Source: Candidatus Latescibacterota bacterium | GTDB lineage: Bacteria; Latescibacterota; UBA2968; UBA8231 | Assembly: GCA_965197905.1 (NCBI GenBank) | Contig: CBDAOB010000003.1 | Location: 32,001-96,000 of the forward strand | Direction: 5' to 3' | DNA length: 64,000 nt | Shown: positions 29,523-39,926 of the stretch, one piece after another | Position numbering within the stretch: position 1 is the first letter of the stretch | Layout: the number at the start of each line of letters is the position of its first letter | The notes under the pieces: model-generated | What the model was told of the DNA's origin: nothing | What the model saw: only the letters and a program-made list of their open reading frames with translations | Databases searched by the model: none | Program-made: the position numbers and the translations under genes

Positions 29523-31439
29523 ATGCGAATTCTAGTAGCTGAAGACCGTGCAGGAATGCGCACCCTCGTCGCCGAGATGTTGAAAGCGCTGGGTCACGGA
29601 GATGCGGCGATCGTGGAGGATGGGGCATCGGCATGGGAGCACCTCGAGGCCGGCGACTTCGATCTCCTGCTCACCGACCGTCGCATGCCCAACATGGATG
29701 GCGTCGAGCTAGTGAAAAAGCTGCGGCAGTCTCCGAAACTCGAGCAACTACCGGTCATCATGATGAGCGCGTTCAACGAACCGCAGGAAGTGCGTGAGGC
29801 CATCGAAGCGGGCGTCGACATCTATCTGGTCAAACCGTTCTCGCCGACTCAATTGAGAGACAAGATATCAGAGCTCGATGGGCGCCGGGTCGAATGGGAT
29901 GTAGATCTGATTCTGCAGGGTACGGCCTCGACGGACGGGGCTTCCGGCAAGGAGCCGCTCGTGCTGTTTGCAGAAGAGGCGCGGACCCGAGAGCAGTTGC
30001 TCCAGCAGCGCTACACCGCTGTGCGACAGTTCCTGGGACAGGCCGTGAGCGCCATTCGCCAGATCAACTCCGCTGATTCCCAGATCGACATTGGCTACAT
30101 TATTGAGTCGGAAAGCGGGGTGATCACACGGCATCTGCGCAACCTGCGCGAACGAATCATGATGTTAGTCGTATCGCCGAGCCTAGGCGGGGGCATCACG
30201 CTTGTGCGTCTGGCAAGCATCAACGGGCAGGACGTAACGGTGATCCTCGTTTGTGACGACGTCGAAGCGCTACCGTCAGAGGTGCAGCTCGGACTCCAGG
30301 ATCTGGGTGTGTTTGTCGTTGAGCGGGACGAATTGCCGGCAGCGAGTTTCGAGCGATTGCTACGGGAGTTCGTTGTTGCCAGAGTGTACACACCGGACCG
30401 CGAGGAGCTGGCAGAAGGTGACGATCCACTGCAGAAGATCGAAATCGACATTCGGAACATGGTGAGCCTTCCGGTATTACCCGATCTGTTCCGCCGGATT
30501 CAAACCCTCGACAACGATCCGGAAAGCGACATCCGCCAGTGGGGAGAAGCGGTCGCCATGGATCCTTCCAGCAGCGCCATGATAATCAGGCGCGCCCACT
30601 CTCCGATATACGGCTTCAATGAAGAAGTGAACGATGTCAGTCGAGCCGTAACTCTACTGGGGAAGAAGACTGTCAAAGAGCTGGTGGCGTGCCGGGCGGT
30701 CAAGCAAGCTTTCACGCGCGTGCGCGAGAAAGGTTTCGACGTCGATGACTTCTGGAGTCATAGCCTCGCCGTTGCCACTGCGGGACGAATATTGAATCTG
30801 CCGTTGTCCAAGGCAAAGCGCTCACGCGAGCAGGAACGGGAGTTCAAGACGCTGAATCTCGACGGGGAAGTGATCAAAACACTACAAAGCTTGAAGCTAT
30901 ACGATCGTTTCGATCTGGCCAACGACGAACCGTTTGTCGCCGGCATGATGCACGATATCGGCAAGGTGGCGATGGCGGTGAGCTATCCGGGTATCTTTGA
31001 GCAGGTCGTGCAGGAAATGCGCTCCAGCAGCTGGAAGCTTCCGATGCTGGAAGCGGAAGTTCGGGTTAGCGGAGAGGTAGTGCACACCGAGGTCGGTAGG
31101 ATTCTGGCTAAGGCATGGGGTCTGGGGGATCTGCTTGAGCGCTCGGTGGGTCACCACCATCAATTCTCCGACGGTGACCCGATGTCAGCTCTAATAGGGA
31201 TCGCAGATTTCGTCGCCACCGCGGCCCATCCCTTTCCGAAGGAAGCTGCCAATCCCCTCGTCCAACTATCGAGCGGCGACGTCGACGAGAGTCAGTTGTC
31301 TGCCGCCACTGCGTTTCTTCCAGGGGGACTGGTCGATGCGCTCGGGACGGAGGTGGCCCAGCTGGTAAACTTGAGCAGGGTTCTCGTTCCCGTTTTGCGC
31401 CAATCGGTGCAAGAATTGCGTCAAAGCATGAGAGACTAG
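29523..31439 (+). CDS. Response regulator with HDOD (HD-related output) domain
   Basis: REC: ILVAED, LTDRRMP (phospho-Asp), YLVKPF; HDOD: LPVLP, DPSSSA, FWSHSLAVA, MHDIGK, HTEVG...WGL, HH. Confidence 0.9.
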   Translation: MRILVAEDRAGMRTLVAEMLKALGHGDAAIVEDGASAWEHLEAGDFDLLLTDRRMPNMDGVELVKKLRQSPKLEQLPVIMMSAFNEPQEVREAIEAGVDIYLVKPFSPTQLRDKISELDGRRVEWDVDLILQGTASTDGASGKEPLVLFAEEARTREQLLQQRYTAVRQFLGQAVSAIRQINSADSQIDIGYIIESESGVITRHLRNLRERIMMLVVSPSLGGGITLVRLASINGQDVTVILVCDDVEALPSEVQLGLQDLGVFVVERDELPAASFERLLREFVVARVYTPDREELAEGDDPLQKIEIDIRNMVSLPVLPDLFRRIQTLDNDPESDIRQWGEAVAMDPSSSAMIIRRAHSPIYGFNEEVNDVSRAVTLLGKKTVKELVACRAVKQAFTRVREKGFDVDDFWSHSLAVATAGRILNLPLSKAKRSREQEREFKTLNLDGEVIKTLQSLKLYDRFDLANDEPFVAGMMHDIGKVAMAVSYPGIFEQVVQEMRSSSWKLPMLEAEVRVSGEVVHTEVGRILAKAWGLGDLLERSVGHHHQFSDGDPMSALIGIADFVATAAHPFPKEAANPLVQLSSGDVDESQLSAATAFLPGGLVDALGTEVAQLVNLSRVLVPVLRQSVQELRQSMRD

Positions 31440-31475
31440 TCTGCGCTCTAGCGGTCCACCGACCGAAGGTTGCCT

Positions 31476-32619
31476 CTAATCGTCCCAGCTAGCGATAAAA
31501 TCGTCCACGCCAAAGTTCGCCGGCATCTCGTAGAAGTGATACATCATCGCAGCGTTCTGAAACAGCGACTCGTACTGCTCCGTATCCGCCTTTAACACGT
31601 CATCGAGAGTTTCGAACCGATCCCACAGTTGATCCAACTCATCCGCGGTGAAGCGAGCGCCAAGCTCCTTGACTGTGTCGGTGAGTTGCCAATCGTGCCG
31701 AATCGTCCGAATCCGAATCCTTGTACTTGCGAATCGTGTGGGCGATCTTCGCTAGCACGATCAAGGACGTCATCCGTGCGTGATTACTCGGATGCAACGC
31801 CGCTAACGCCTGCACGAACCCCCCATGGTCTTTTTGTATAATGGCGTGGTAGGTCGCAACGATCTTGTCGTGTCTTCGCGCATGCAGTTTAGCGAACTGT
31901 TTGCATTGCTCGGCGCCCCGCGGCGAAAGATGCTCGACGAAATCAACGCCCATGGGATCCGCAAAGTAGTGGGTGAATCCTTTGTTACCGAATGCATCGT
32001 ATCCCATGATCAACGTGCGCCGCTTGGTCTCATCGTTTGGCATTGAACTGTGAATACAGTTGTTGAGGTAGACTATCGCATCACCCGCCTTCAGCTCAAC
32101 CGCCATCGCCCCGGGCAACGGCACGACCCCCATGCGGCGCTCGATTTTGCGCTCCTCGGCATTGTTCCGCCGCCGGTGGCTTCCAGGAATGAAATGTAGA
32201 AAGCTGTCGTCGTAGAGAGGGACGTTCCACTGCAGATAACAAGGACCGTTAAGTCTGAGATCCTCCTGCAATCCATCGAGGGGCGCCATGTCGATCGGGT
32301 GGACGTCGCGATGCCAGCCCGTGCCTGAGGCACACAACACGAACATTCCCAGCGGGGTCACGGCTGGCACATCCATCAACTGCTGACTGAAGCCCAGGGT
32401 GCGTGCTTCGAAACAGAATTCAACCGCGTCGGCCGTCGATCCATCAACCCAGTCGGTCATGGTGAAACGGCTCTTCAGACATGACTCGGGAGCCCGTTCG
32501 GCCATGCGATCGACGCTCTTGCGCAGCGGCTGGAGCTCGTCGGGTTGAATCAGGTCACGGACAATGACATAACCCAACTCCATAAGCTGCGTTCTCTGTT
32601 CGTCTATGGTCGCCTTCAT
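31476..32619 (-). CDS. Phytanoyl-CoA dioxygenase (PhyH) family 2OG-Fe(II) protein, frameshifted near 31697
   Basis: GYVIVRD, WHRD, IPGSH, distal His; a second frame continues DWQLTDTVKELGARF...FGVDDFIASWDD* to 31476. Confidence 0.85.
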
Positions 32620-33560
32620 AGTTCCTGCGAGGCTGAGGCAGCCGCCGCCAACTCGGCTAACTCCAGCGCCTTTCCGTAGTTGAGCCTCACTCCGTCCGCA
32701 GGGGTGCCGCCCGGCGGGGCGTAGTGAGAGGCAACCGCGATGACGACATCTGCCTGATCGCGGGCGAAGGATCGGAACAAGGCGGCGTAGTCCGGATCCC
32801 CGGTGCCGAGCTCGCACCACTCGAACTTGCACGATGGGCCATCTATGGTGCGCGTGTCCTTGAGGTGCAGGCTCGTCAGGTATGGCTTGAGGTTTTCATA
32901 ACCGGCCGTCACCGTATCGAACTCGCTTGCAAGCATGGCATCTCCGGGACACCACTTGGCCTTGAAGCGCGGCGAATCGATCTGCTCTACAATCTCCACG
33001 TAGTGGCGGCTGGTGTTGACGTACTCCCAGGGGTGGACGCTGAGGCAGATGTCGATGTCGTACTCATCCGCGAGATCGGCGACGATGCGAAACGCCGCGA
33101 CGATCTTTTCCAGTTCCGCCGGCGGGATATGGCCGCCACCCGTGGCGTAGCGTTTGGACCAGGTCGGGCTCGGTCGCGTAAACTTGTGGAACTCGCCTGG
33201 CCAGGCGAACGTGGAGCACTGCGCGTTTGGCGATCCCACAATCTTTGCAAACGCCATGGTGCGGCGGAGATTCTCTATATCGCGCTCGAACTCCTCGTAG
33301 GTGCGAAGACCGGCGAGGTCGACCTCGTCGATGTGAAGCGTCTTGAACGGGAAGGGAGTGGCCCCTACCCCGTGGGTCTGCAGGCCGGCATCCTCCAGAA
33401 CAGCCCTGCAGTGCTTGGCGTGCTCGTCGGTCAACATGTCCTCGGAGACGAAGTACTCTACATAACGCGCCCCCAGCTCCCGTGCCACCCCCGCGGCCTC
33501 CTCGAAAGGCAGCGCGGTTTCGGCCAAGAGGACGCCCATTTTGAACTCGTAGTCGTTCAT
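32616..33560 (-). CDS. Sugar phosphate isomerase/epimerase (AP-endonuclease-2 TIM barrel), divergent
   Basis: LHLKD, LGTGDPDY; ATGA coupling to the downstream PhyH gene. Confidence 0.8.
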   Translation of the reverse strand: MNDYEFKMGVLLAETALPFEEAAGVARELGARYVEYFVSEDMLTDEHAKHCRAVLEDAGLQTHGVGATPFPFKTLHIDEVDLAGLRTYEEFERDIENLRRTMAFAKIVGSPNAQCSTFAWPGEFHKFTRPSPTWSKRYATGGGHIPPAELEKIVAAFRIVADLADEYDIDICLSVHPWEYVNTSRHYVEIVEQIDSPRFKAKWCPGDAMLASEFDTVTAGYENLKPYLTSLHLKDTRTIDGPSCKFEWCELGTGDPDYAALFRSFARDQADVVIAVASHYAPPGGTPADGVRLNYGKALELAELAAAASASQEL

Positions 33561-33799
33561 TCCTTATTCTCTCCCATGAGCATCCATCGTGCCCGATGTG
33601 ATTGATAGGCTCAACCTATGATCGTGACTGGGCAGAAGCAAACGACGCACCTTCACGACGTGCGTTTGACTCGACTAGTGACGACGTTGTTTGTTCTACG
33701 GCTCGCTGAGGACGGCACCGACATGGAAGGACATCACCGAAGCATGTCAGAGGTTTCAGAAGTTCTGCACACGAAGAAGGTCTTGAGAGGGAGCCGGCG

Positions 33800-34198
33800 G
33801 TGACCTCCAACCGGATCCTGAAGTTGCTTCTTCGACTTTCGGGCAGTTCATCACTTCTGGCACTGATTTTTGTAGGAGCGCCGTATACATGGATGGACTC
33901 GATACATTCGGCACTGGGAATGGGTCAGCTTCCCGACACGCCTGTGGTTGGCTACCTTGCCAGATCTACGTCCTACTTCTACGCCTTGCTCGGTGGGCTC
34001 TTCTGGGTAGTTTCTTTCGATCTCGGCCGCCATCGTCGAGTATTAATCTACCTGGGTGCCGCCATTACAACGTTTGGTGTGGTGCTTCTTATTGTAGATT
34101 GGTCGGAAGGGATGCCGTTTTTCTGGACACTTTGGGAAGGTCCTTTCGTAACCGTGTTTGGACTTGCCATATTGTTCCTGGTTCGCGGCGTCGAATGA
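33800..34198 (+). CDS. Hypothetical membrane protein (about 4 TM)
   Basis: 132 aa hydrophobic ORF (PVVGYLARSTS...WEGP); GGGAG RBS. Confidence 0.7.
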   Translation: MTSNRILKLLLRLSGSSSLLALIFVGAPYTWMDSIHSALGMGQLPDTPVVGYLARSTSYFYALLGGLFWVVSFDLGRHRRVLIYLGAAITTFGVVLLIVDWSEGMPFFWTLWEGPFVTVFGLAILFLVRGVE

Positions 34199-34210
34199 GG
34201 TGATTCGCGG

Positions 34211-34696
34211 GTGCCATCACTTAACCAGCTTTCCTTCCCCATGGCGCTTGTGGCCGCGCTCGGTTGCGGGCTCATCGCAGGAGTCTTTTTCGCCTTTTCT
34301 ACGTTCGTAATGAAGGCTCTCTCTCGGCTATCACCCCATGAGGGGCTTGCGGCAATGCAGGCCATCAATGTGGCTGTCTTGAATCCATGGTTTCTGGGAA
34401 CATTTATTGGTACCGCCCTAGTTAGCCTTGTCGCTTCGGTTCTCTCACTGGTGCAGTGGGGGACACCGGATGCTCCTTACCTGCTGTTCGGTGGCACCGT
34501 CTATCTGCTCGGCTGCTTCCTGGTCACGATTGTATTCAACGTTCCCCGAAACGAGGCCCTAGCAACGGTCGTTCCCGGTGATCCAGAAGCAGAATCCCGA
34601 TGGACTGGGTACGTCTCCACGTGGACCACTTGGAATCATGTTCGCACGGGGGCGGCGTTTGCCGCTGCAGTCTCGTTTTGCTTTGCGCTCGGCTGA
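34211..34696 (+). CDS. DUF1772/anthrone oxygenase family membrane protein
   Basis: GLIAGVFFAFSTFVM, AMQAIN, NVPRNEAL, WTTWNHVR. Confidence 0.92.
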   Translation: MPSLNQLSFPMALVAALGCGLIAGVFFAFSTFVMKALSRLSPHEGLAAMQAINVAVLNPWFLGTFIGTALVSLVASVLSLVQWGTPDAPYLLFGGTVYLLGCFLVTIVFNVPRNEALATVVPGDPEAESRWTGYVSTWTTWNHVRTGAAFAAAVSFCFALG

Positions 34697-34805
34697 TGCA
34701 TGAGCCGAGCCCCGTTTGACCCGACTATGCCCCCGTCGCCCAGGTTGTGTCTGGCGCGGCACCTATTGAGATCGCATACAACCAATTCCCTGAGGAGCAG
34801 CGAGC

Positions 34806-36265
34806 ATGGAAGTTACTCGCGACGGTCTGGATCCTTCGGCGAAAGCATTGGCACTCAACCTCGATCAATCGATCTACGGCACCATCGCCGAGATCGGTGC
34901 CGGGCAGGAGGTGGCGCGGCGTTTTTTTGCGGTGGGTGCAAGCTCGGGGACCATCGCCAAGACGATGTCGGCCTACGACATGGCTTTCAGTGACCAGATT
35001 TACGGACCCGCCAAACGGTACGTGTCCAGAGAGCGCCTAGTGGGCATGCTCGACCACGAATTCTCCCTGCTGCTCGAGCGTCTCGGCAAATCACGGGGCG
35101 AACACACGCGTTTCTTCTCGTTTGCGAACACCGTGGCGGCTCGAAACTTCAAAGGCACCAACGAATGTCATGGGTGGATGGGTGTGCGTTTCCAATCGTC
35201 ACCGCGGCAGGCGCCGAGCGAAATAATCCTCCACGTGCGCATGCTCGATACGGCCAATATCCTCCAGCAGGAAGCGTTGGGTCTATTCGGCTTAAATATG
35301 ATCTACGGAGCCTACCACCTCTTCAACGAGCCGAGCATTTGATCGGTTCCCTCGCCGACGAACTCGGCACTGAACGCATCGAGGTGGATGTAATCGAGTT
35401 CAACGGCCCGGTTTTTACCCATGTGGACCAAAGAAAACTAAACTTGGCGCTGTTGGAACGCAGATTCACCGATGCGTTGCTCATCGGTCCCGACGCGGAA
35501 ATGAAGCTGGCTTCGGAGAAGCTACGCCGCAAACCCGTGTTGCTTCTGAGGGGAAGCTTCCGTCCGGTAACCATGGCAAACGTGGCCATGCTCGAAGCGG
35601 GCGCTCGTCAATTCGCGGAAGATGCCAGCCTTGCAGGAAACGCGCCAACGATCGTTCTGGAAATGACCATCAAGAACCTGCTCGCGCACGACCTGGCTGA
35701 GCGCAGTACGATCCTCGGTATCGCCGATTCCCTCGCCGCCCTGGGCCACTACGTGTTGATAACCGACTATCCGGAGTATTTTCGGCTGAGCAAGTACCTG
35801 CGCCGTCATACCGACGAACCGATCGCGATTCTGCTGGGCGCCAACAACCTGTTCCATCTGTTCGACGAGAATTTCTACGTCGCGCTGGAAGGCGGCATCC
35901 TCGAAGCGTTCGGACGATTGTTCAGCCACCGCGTAAATATGTACGTGTATCCCATGGCGCGGGAGCCATTCGAGAGCCACTTCGAAGCGCGCGGGATCGA
36001 TCTCGGCGAGTTGGGCATCCAGGCGGAAGCTCTGGTCACTGCTGAGAATCTACAGGTGTACCCGGATCAGCAGGAGCTCTACCACTACATGCTGCAATCC
36101 GGACTGATTCGCCCCATTACAGAGTACGACACGGCCCGCACCAAGTTGTACTCGACGACAGTTCGGGCGCAGCTGCGAGACGGGAACCCCGCCTGGAAGA
36201 CCGCTGTGCCCGCGGCGGCGGCGGCTATCATCGAGGAACAGGAACTCTTCAAACGCGACGATTGA
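34806..36265 (+). CDS. Nucleotidyltransferase-like protein (family often labelled nicotinate-nucleotide adenylyltransferase or 'TonB-dependent receptor'), frameshifted near 35333
   Basis: KALALNLD..YGTIAEIGAGQEVAR, AKTMSAYDM, CHGWMGVRFQ, QQEALG; second frame RIEVD, RGSFRPVT, GGILEAFG. Confidence 0.85.
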
Positions 36266-36287
36266 TGTGGTGCCCTGCCACTCTCAA

Positions 36288-36456
36288 CTACGGTATCGGT
36301 ACCAGATCGTACTTCTCACATTCTTCTTCGCCGCACCGCAGACAGTTTTTCGGATCCTCGCCACAATATTCTTCTCTCTTCTTCGTCGCTCTTGATGCCA
36401 ACGATCACCAAGAACGCCGCCAAGATAGTTAGAAGCAGCGGTAGTATATCGGCCAT
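36288..36456 (-). CDS. Small single-TM protein, probably with a Cys-rich tail (FeoB-associated Cys-rich-like architecture); apparent frameshift
   Basis: MADILPLLLTILAAFLVIVGIKSDEEE (in-frame stop at 36316); a shift in the GA repeat at about 36375 gives EEYCGEDPKNCLRCGEEECEKYDLVPIP*. Confidence 0.55.
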
Positions 36457-36480
36457 GGCAGCTCTTTTCGTCCGATATTC

Positions 36481-36611
36481 AGATAAAAAGATAAATTTAT
36501 CGAATTTGAATAAAAGCAGACATCCTCACTCGTCAAGTACATGACTGTAAGGAATAACAGTTGACATTCGACCAGAAATATCGCTTATTGTGATAAAAAT
36601 CTCTTTTTATC
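36481..36611. promoter_or_regulatory. AT-rich divergent promoter region with palindromic operator candidates
   Basis: GATAAATTTATC (36490-36501); TTGACA at 36561; perfect GATAAAAA-N4-TTTTTATC (36592-36611) just upstream of the Rrf2 start. Confidence 0.6.
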
Positions 36612-36637
36612 TTGTTATTTCAACCGCGGAGTAGCTC

Positions 36638-37081
36638 TTGATACTGTCCCAGACATGCCAATACGGATTGCAGGCAACGATATTTCTCGCGGTTCAGGGG
36701 GAGGCGCCGGTCCTGAGCAAGGAAATCGCCACTCAGCTGGGTATTCCGCCCCACTTTCTTGCCAAGATTCTCCAGGGCCTCTCCAAACGCGGCCTGTTGG
36801 TCTCTTTCAAGGGCCGAGGAGGCGGTTTCAAACTTTCTCGAGACCCCAACGCCATAACCCTGATGGACGTAGTGCTGGCGATAGAGGGCGAGGGGTTTGG
36901 CACTCGGTGTCTGCTGGGGCTGGCAGAATGCTCCGAAGAGGTGCCCTGTCCAATTCACTCCCAATGGAAGGTGGTCAAGGCCGCGACTCTTCGCATACTC
37001 GGCGAGCAGAGCGTCAAAGATCTGGTTGACGGCGCCTCTCGAGCCAGCCGATGGCTCCTGCCAGGGATTCCCTTGCCTTAG
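36638..37081 (+). CDS. Rrf2 family transcriptional regulator with three Cys (likely Fe-S)
   Basis: FLAKILQGL, SFKGRGGGF, ITLMDVVLAIEG, CLLGLAECSEEVPCPIH. Confidence 0.93.
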   Translation: MILSQTCQYGLQATIFLAVQGEAPVLSKEIATQLGIPPHFLAKILQGLSKRGLLVSFKGRGGGFKLSRDPNAITLMDVVLAIEGEGFGTRCLLGLAECSEEVPCPIHSQWKVVKAATLRILGEQSVKDLVDGASRASRWLLPGIPLP

Positions 37082-37228
37082 AATCACTGATCACCGGTGC
37101 CGCCATGACCGAACTCTTGCGTGGCAGAATGGCGGCGAGCCCGTGAATTTCTACTCAACGGGCTACCCTGGATCTACCGCTCGGCAATAAGGGAATCAGG
37201 GCTGGATCCTGCGGTAGCCGTGCCTGTC

Positions 37229-38068
37229 CTAATCGCCTCCGGCCGCCAGCTCCACAATGCGCTCGGGCGCCTGCCCGGCATACTCCACAGAGTTTGAATG
37301 GGAAGGCTCACCTCTAGGCTCGAAGTTCAACACACCCGCGTATCCGATCTCTCGCAGCTTGGCGAAAAGCTCGACCCACTGAATCTCGTCCCCCTCCACG
37401 AGAGGAGGATGGTGATCCTGACCTTTCTTGAAACCGTGCATATGAATATGGCGTAGGCGGTGCCCACACTGCTCGAGAATCTGCGTGGGGCCTCCGGGCA
37501 GGGTCATCGGATTCTGGTCGTCAGCGTTGCGCACGTGTCCGATATCCAGAATCATGCCCACCTGCGGGTGGCCCATGGCATCGAGGAATTCGACGCGGTC
37601 CTCTATCTGAGGTCCGCGAGTCGTATTTTCCACCGTGATGACCGCCTCCGTGCCTTCGATGTGCCGGGCCAACTCTTCGTAGGATTTTACCATGACATCG
37701 TCGGCATCCTTGGCGTGCGAACCCCAAAGTTTGCCGCCCTGCTCCAACATGGTGTCGATCTGGCGCCGGCAACGATCCACTCGCTCTTGGCGCTGGACCT
37801 CACCGTCAATATCGGAAAAGTTCGTCTTGAAACAGTGATAGGCTACGACTTCGACGCCGCATGCACGGCAGGATTCTCCCACCCATTTCATCGAACGCTT
37901 GTCGGACATATCGTACTGCTCGGGACTTTCGAGTAGCTCGATCCTGACGATTCCGTGGCGGACCAGCTCTTCCAGTGCACGCTCCCCGAAGGGCCGGTGT
38001 CCCCAAAACACGTAGGTCGATATGGACAGACGGTCTTTGATCTGTTGAACCGTATAGAAATCTTTCAT
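37229..38068 (-). CDS. Sugar phosphate isomerase/epimerase (AP-endonuclease-2 TIM barrel)
   Basis: VEN, LDIGH, HIHMH, DH, GYAGVLNFE; AAGGAG RBS. Confidence 0.85.
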   Translation of the reverse strand: MKDFYTVQQIKDRLSISTYVFWGHRPFGERALEELVRHGIVRIELLESPEQYDMSDKRSMKWVGESCRACGVEVVAYHCFKTNFSDIDGEVQRQERVDRCRRQIDTMLEQGGKLWGSHAKDADDVMVKSYEELARHIEGTEAVITVENTTRGPQIEDRVEFLDAMGHPQVGMILDIGHVRNADDQNPMTLPGGPTQILEQCGHRLRHIHMHGFKKGQDHHPPLVEGDEIQWVELFAKLREIGYAGVLNFEPRGEPSHSNSVEYAGQAPERIVELAAGGD

Positions 38069-38333
38069 CGTGTCGAACTCCTTTCGGATTAGTCGCCAAA
38101 TGGCGCTGGGCGTCTTCACTATCTGCGTGCGCAATCGCGCTGATTAAGTTGCTTCCAGTGCTCTTCGATGGTTGGTTCCATGTCGAACTATGCGCGTGGT
38201 TCCGGAGCGCATCGACATGAATCGGGCTCATGGGTCACCTACCACTCATCGCGATCCGAGGAAACGATAATACCACGTCCGCAACGCACGAACAACAAGG
38301 ATTAACTGTCAAATATGCATACAGGAGGAAAAC

Positions 38334-38753
38334 GTGATATCGCGTGAGACGAGCCTAAAGAGGATAATTCTGGTGCGCGTGGCACCGGGGGAAGACATTC
38401 TGTTGGGACTGCGAAAGGCCGTAGTCGCTCACGGCATCGTGAACGGTCTCATTTTGACCGGTTTTGGTTCGGTGAGCCATTCTCACTTTCACGTGGTGAT
38501 GAGTAACGAGTTGCCGCCCAAGGAGAGCTACCCAAAGAGCATTCAGCCCCTCGATGTTTGTTCCTTCAACGGTTTCGTACTGGACGGGAGTGTGCATTGC
38601 CACATCGATTTTTCCGACGAGCGCAACGGATTCGGGGGCCATATCGAGGAGGGTACGCTGGCGCTAACCTTCGCGAACATCGCCATCGGCGAGATCGAGG
38701 ATAGCGTCAGCATTGTCGGATGGGACACGATCGCAGAGGAGGAGACTCTGTAG
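38334..38753 (+). CDS. PPC domain (DUF296) protein
   Basis: RVAPGEDIL, GFGS, HCHI, GGH; AGGAGG RBS. Confidence 0.85.
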   Translation: MISRETSLKRIILVRVAPGEDILLGLRKAVVAHGIVNGLILTGFGSVSHSHFHVVMSNELPPKESYPKSIQPLDVCSFNGFVLDGSVHCHIDFSDERNGFGGHIEEGTLALTFANIAIGEIEDSVSIVGWDTIAEEETL

Positions 38754-38772
38754 TGGGAGGGATCGGTTCGCT

Positions 38773-39926
38773 ATGCTGAGTTCGTCCCTCCGTAACCCGA
38801 TCACATTGTTTCGCGTACCCGGTTCGTCGACCCTTCGGATTCTGGGGATCGTGCTGAGTATTCGGCTTCTGGTGGCGATCTGGACCGCCCACACCTCGGG
38901 GACCGCCCCTTTTGACGACGAGTTTGTCAACAGTTGGACTCGATGGGATGCGGAACACTACGTGTTGATTGCGGAAGACGGGTACCGTTCTCCTGACGAG
39001 TCGCCGAGCCGCCTCGAATTCGTCAGCCGATTCCCACCGCTTTTCCCTCTTGCAACCGCCGCCACCCGCGCGATCACGCCTTTATCAACGGCCGCTTCGG
39101 GAATACTGCTCTCGATCACGTTCCTGTTTCTTGGCTCCGTACTGGTCTTTCGCATCAGCTGTACTCTTTTCAAGTCGAGGGAAACAAGCTACTGGAGCGT
39201 ACTGTTTCTCAACCTTTTCCCCACCTCCTACTTTGCCAGCGCTCCATATTCTGAGGCGATGTTCCTGTTTCTCATGGCTCTCTATTATTTCCTATTAGTG
39301 GAAAGAAGACAATTCTTGGGTCCTGCCATTGTGTTCACCGCGATGATTCTAACCCGCTCAGTAGGACCTGTCCTTTATCCTGTTCACATATATTTGTTTT
39401 GGCGCGAAAGTACCAAAGGTCCGAAGGAATGGCTTGGGCTGCTCCTACCCGGAATGACGTTCTTTATGCATCTTGCCGTCGTGCATCTCGTACTCGGTAT
39501 GCCGGGTTATCTGGAATCGACCGAACGATTCAGCATACGTGTGTTCTCCAGGCTTCCTTTCAGCGAGAAACAATAGATGCGATTGATTACTTCATCGACC
39601 ATCCTGGTCACATTCAGAACGCCGATTTCATGTACGGTGTTGGCTACAACGCTCTTTTCATGATGTTGGGCGACAGGCTCTGGTGATCTACGGCCTGCGG
39701 AAACTCGACCGCCTTGTTTAATATTTTCTCGGTGACGCACCTTCTATTTCTCTCTACGATCGGTGTGATGATCAGTGGTCCAAGATTTTTCTTCGTTCAT
39801 CTTCCGGTCTTTTTTATCCTTGCTCGGATCCCATCCCGGTTGGCGAAGGTCGGCATCGCCCTATGCTCGTTGGTGGCGCTACTAGTGTTCTCTGGTCGAT
39901 TTGTGACTGGGCTGTGGACATTCTGA
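38773..39926 (+). pseudogene. GT-C mannosyltransferase-like (PIG-V/GT76-like) membrane protein, disrupted near 39570 and 39670-39715
   Basis: RWDAEHY..IAEDGY, FPPLFP, PTSYF, YSEAMF, LTRSVG, SGPRF; three ORF pieces. Confidence 0.8.

Noticed and set aside
33618..33803. 61-aa ORF containing LVTTLFVLRLAEDG, faintly like a serine beta-lactamase segment
   Set aside because: Match too short and no SxxK motif; cannot be supported.
39684..39686. In-frame TGA as a selenocysteine or readthrough codon in the mannosyltransferase
   Set aside because: An alternate frame across it (LVIYGLRKLD) looks more protein-like, pointing to compensating indels.
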